This document shows, in pieces, positions 62,254 through 64,000 of a stretch of 64,000 nucleotides of DNA. Source of the DNA: Candidatus Omnitrophota bacterium (GTDB lineage Bacteria; Omnitrophota; Gorgyraeia; Gygaellales; Profunditerraquicolaceae); assembly GCA_026387335.1 (NCBI GenBank), contig JAPLLX010000007.1, positions 243 through 64,242 on the forward strand, given 5' to 3'. The position numbers and the translations under genes were made by a program. The notes below the pieces were generated by a model that had not been told where the DNA came from, ran no database searches, and was given only the letters and a program-made list of their open reading frames with translations. The first letter of the stretch is position 1. Every line of letters begins with the position of its first letter.

Positions 62254-63051
62254 ATGAAAAAGTTGGGGATTCTCTTAATGGTTTTGTTAATGAGTACGCT
62301 AAGTTTTAGCGCGCTTTATGCTACCCCCACAACGCTTATCTGGGCGCCATCTACAGACGTAAAGCCGTTGGGGGTCTTCCATCTGGATGTAGATAATTAC
62401 ACTCCGGTAAGAAGCAGGGACCATAATGATAATAAATTATTTGTTCTGCAGGATTACGGTCTAATGGCCGGGTTGTTGCCGGATAATCCGCAAGAAAATC
62501 CTCTTGGTAAACTTTGGTCTCCTTTAGGCAAGATTTTGGCGGAAACAGGTTTTGACTATAAAAAAGGTTTAGGTTCAACATTAGACAAGTGGCCGGTGTA
62601 TTTCCATTTTAAACTCGGGATTCCCGAGGATGCCTATTTTAGAAATATGCCCGCGTTTGCCGTTGGTTGTTATGATATGGGTTATAAGCATAATTATACC
62701 AACTATAATGTCTGGTATTTAAGGGGGGCAAAGACTATTAATATAGGTAAGATTAATTTAGGCAGGTTCTCCGCCGGTTATTTTAACGGTAATGCCAGGT
62801 TATTGCGCGATAAAAACAGCGAGCGTGATAACGCCGGCGCGATGGTTGCCTGGGAACGGGTTATGACGGAGATAAGCGACAGGCTTTGGATATGCGTGGA
62901 TTATCAGGGTACCCAGTCAACATATGGAGCGCTCAACTACGGTTTATCCTGGAAATTCACCAATAATATTGCGGCTATCCTGGCTTACGATGTATATAAC
63001 AACCCGAATTCGAAGAATACTGTGACATTTCAACTAGACGTTGACTTTTAG
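62254..63051 (+). CDS. Secreted beta-barrel outer-membrane protein (porin-like), unknown family
   Basis: Signal peptide, alternating-hydrophobicity strands rich in Y/G/N, and a C-terminal ...FQLDVDF ending in Phe as in OMP beta-signals. Directly upstream of amt. Confidence 0.6.
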   Translation: MKKLGILLMVLLMSTLSFSALYATPTTLIWAPSTDVKPLGVFHLDVDNYTPVRSRDHNDNKLFVLQDYGLMAGLLPDNPQENPLGKLWSPLGKILAETGFDYKKGLGSTLDKWPVYFHFKLGIPEDAYFRNMPAFAVGCYDMGYKHNYTNYNVWYLRGAKTINIGKINLGRFSAGYFNGNARLLRDKNSERDNAGAMVAWERVMTEISDRLWICVDYQGTQSTYGALNYGLSWKFTNNIAAILAYDVYNNPNSKNTVTFQLDVDF

Positions 63052-63074
63052 CTAAAAATAAAGGAGAAGAAAAA

Positions 63075-64000
63075 ATGATTAATTCAGGAGATACGGCGTG
63101 GGTTTTAATTTCATCGGCCCTGGTTTTATTAATGACGCCCGGCCTGGCTTTTTTCTACGGAGGTATGGTCAGAAAAAAGAATATTCTGAGCGTGCTGATG
63201 CAATGTTTCATTATTATGTGTGTTTTAAGCCTTCAGTGGGTCCTCTTCGGCTATAGTCTTTCTTTCGCGCCGAATCAAGGTTTTTGGGGCGGTTTTAACT
63301 GGGTTGGTTTAAAGAATGTCGGTTTTACGCCGTATCCGGATTACGCGGCAACGATTCCGCATCAGGCATTTATGATTTTTCAGGCAATGTTCGCGATTAT
63401 CACCCCAGCTTTGATTATCGGCGCCTTTGCGGAGAGGATGAAATTTTCCGCCTTCCTTTTATTTACGCTTCTTTGGGCTACATTTGTATATGATCCGCTC
63501 TGTCACTGGGTTTGGGGTATGGGAGGCTGGTTAAGGAATTTAGGAGCGCTGGATTTTGCCGGTGGAACAGTGGTGCATATCAATGCCGGGATTGCCGCGC
63601 TGGTTACCGCTCTAATATTAGGTAAGAGGGTTAATCTAGATAAGAATGTCCCTACTCCGCATAATATGCCTTTTGTGGTTTTAGGCACGGGCCTCTTATG
63701 GTTTGGTTGGTTTGGATTTAATGCGGGTAGCGCCTTAGCGGCAAATGGCTTGGCGGTCAACGCTTTTGTGGTGACTAATACTGCCGCCGCCGCAGCAGGT
63801 TTGAGTTGGGCGTTTGTTGAATGGATACATAATGGCAAGCCGACAATATTCGGTGTTTGTTCCGGAGCTGTCGCCGGTCTAGTCGCGATTACTCCGGCTG
63901 CTGGTTTTGTTAGCGTGATCCCGGCGATCATTATAGGATTGTTAGTCAGTGTATTTTCTTTTATCGCGGTTACCGTGATTAAGCCAAAATTAGGCTACGA
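63075..64000 (+). CDS. amt: Ammonium transporter Amt, 3' end cut by window edge (absent from the ORF track because there is no stop)
   Basis: AAGGAGAAG RBS. MINSGDTAWVLISSALVLLMTPGLAFFYGGMVRKKN, DFAGGTVVHINAG, GWFGFNAGSA motifs. The frame is open to base 64000. Confidence 0.9.
   Translation, partial: MINSGDTAWVLISSALVLLMTPGLAFFYGGMVRKKNILSVLMQCFIIMCVLSLQWVLFGYSLSFAPNQGFWGGFNWVGLKNVGFTPYPDYAATIPHQAFMIFQAMFAIITPALIIGAFAERMKFSAFLLFTLLWATFVYDPLCHWVWGMGGWLRNLGALDFAGGTVVHINAGIAALVTALILGKRVNLDKNVPTPHNMPFVVLGTGLLWFGWFGFNAGSALAANGLAVNAFVVTNTAAAAAGLSWAFVEWIHNGKPTIFGVCSGAVAGLVAITPAAGFVSVIPAIIIGLLVSVFSFIAVTVIKPKLGY

Noticed and set aside
63503-63931. 142-aa minus-strand ORF near the window end.
   Set aside because: It is antisense to the clearly recognisable amt coding frame, which is open to the window edge and therefore missing from the ORF track.

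Overview
This 64-kb window is an AT-rich bacterial chromosome segment. The organism is diderm, since Lol, Mla and LptF/G systems and beta-barrel proteins are present, and probably belongs to an uncultivated lineage; I cannot assign taxonomy from sequence alone. Coding density is high and almost entirely on the + strand. Most genes are housekeeping: ECF cobalt transporter, lysS, lolCD, ilvE, mcsA-mcsB-clpC, mlaEFD, radA, ispDF, cysES, tmk-holB-ricT-metG-tatD, mtnA, thiL, tsaEB, alr, pyrE, smpB plus tmRNA, murI, queDCEF, class-I fumarase, rph, rdgB and amt. There are four tRNAs (Leu-CAG, Pro-TGG, Arg-TCT, His-GTG). Three accessory regions stand out. (1) At 58.1-61.6 kb, a compact, lower-GC module bounded upstream by a terminator: a MazG-like NTP pyrophosphohydrolase translationally coupled to a DUF2075-type nuclease/P-loop helicase that carries a C-terminal S24 (LexA/UmuD-type) peptidase domain, followed by an SRA-HNH type IV-like endonuclease. 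It lies downstream of tRNA-His, a duplicated tRNA-His fragment and a decayed ORF6N gene. This is my best candidate for an undescribed anti-phage system. (2) At 41.3-44.8 kb, a ydaO-class c-di-AMP riboswitch with its own terminator controls a P-type ATPase fused to an N-terminal PtsN-like PTS-EIIA domain. (3) An in-frame Maf::M48-lipoprotein fusion, and a UbiA/ArsP-like/ACR3 membrane cluster. Smaller observations: a family of GGGACGGTTCT palindromic intergenic hairpins, a CCAAT/ATTGG array upstream of htpX, and a tmRNA whose tag appears to have an atypical C-terminus. All domain calls come from motif recognition by eye; no searches were run.
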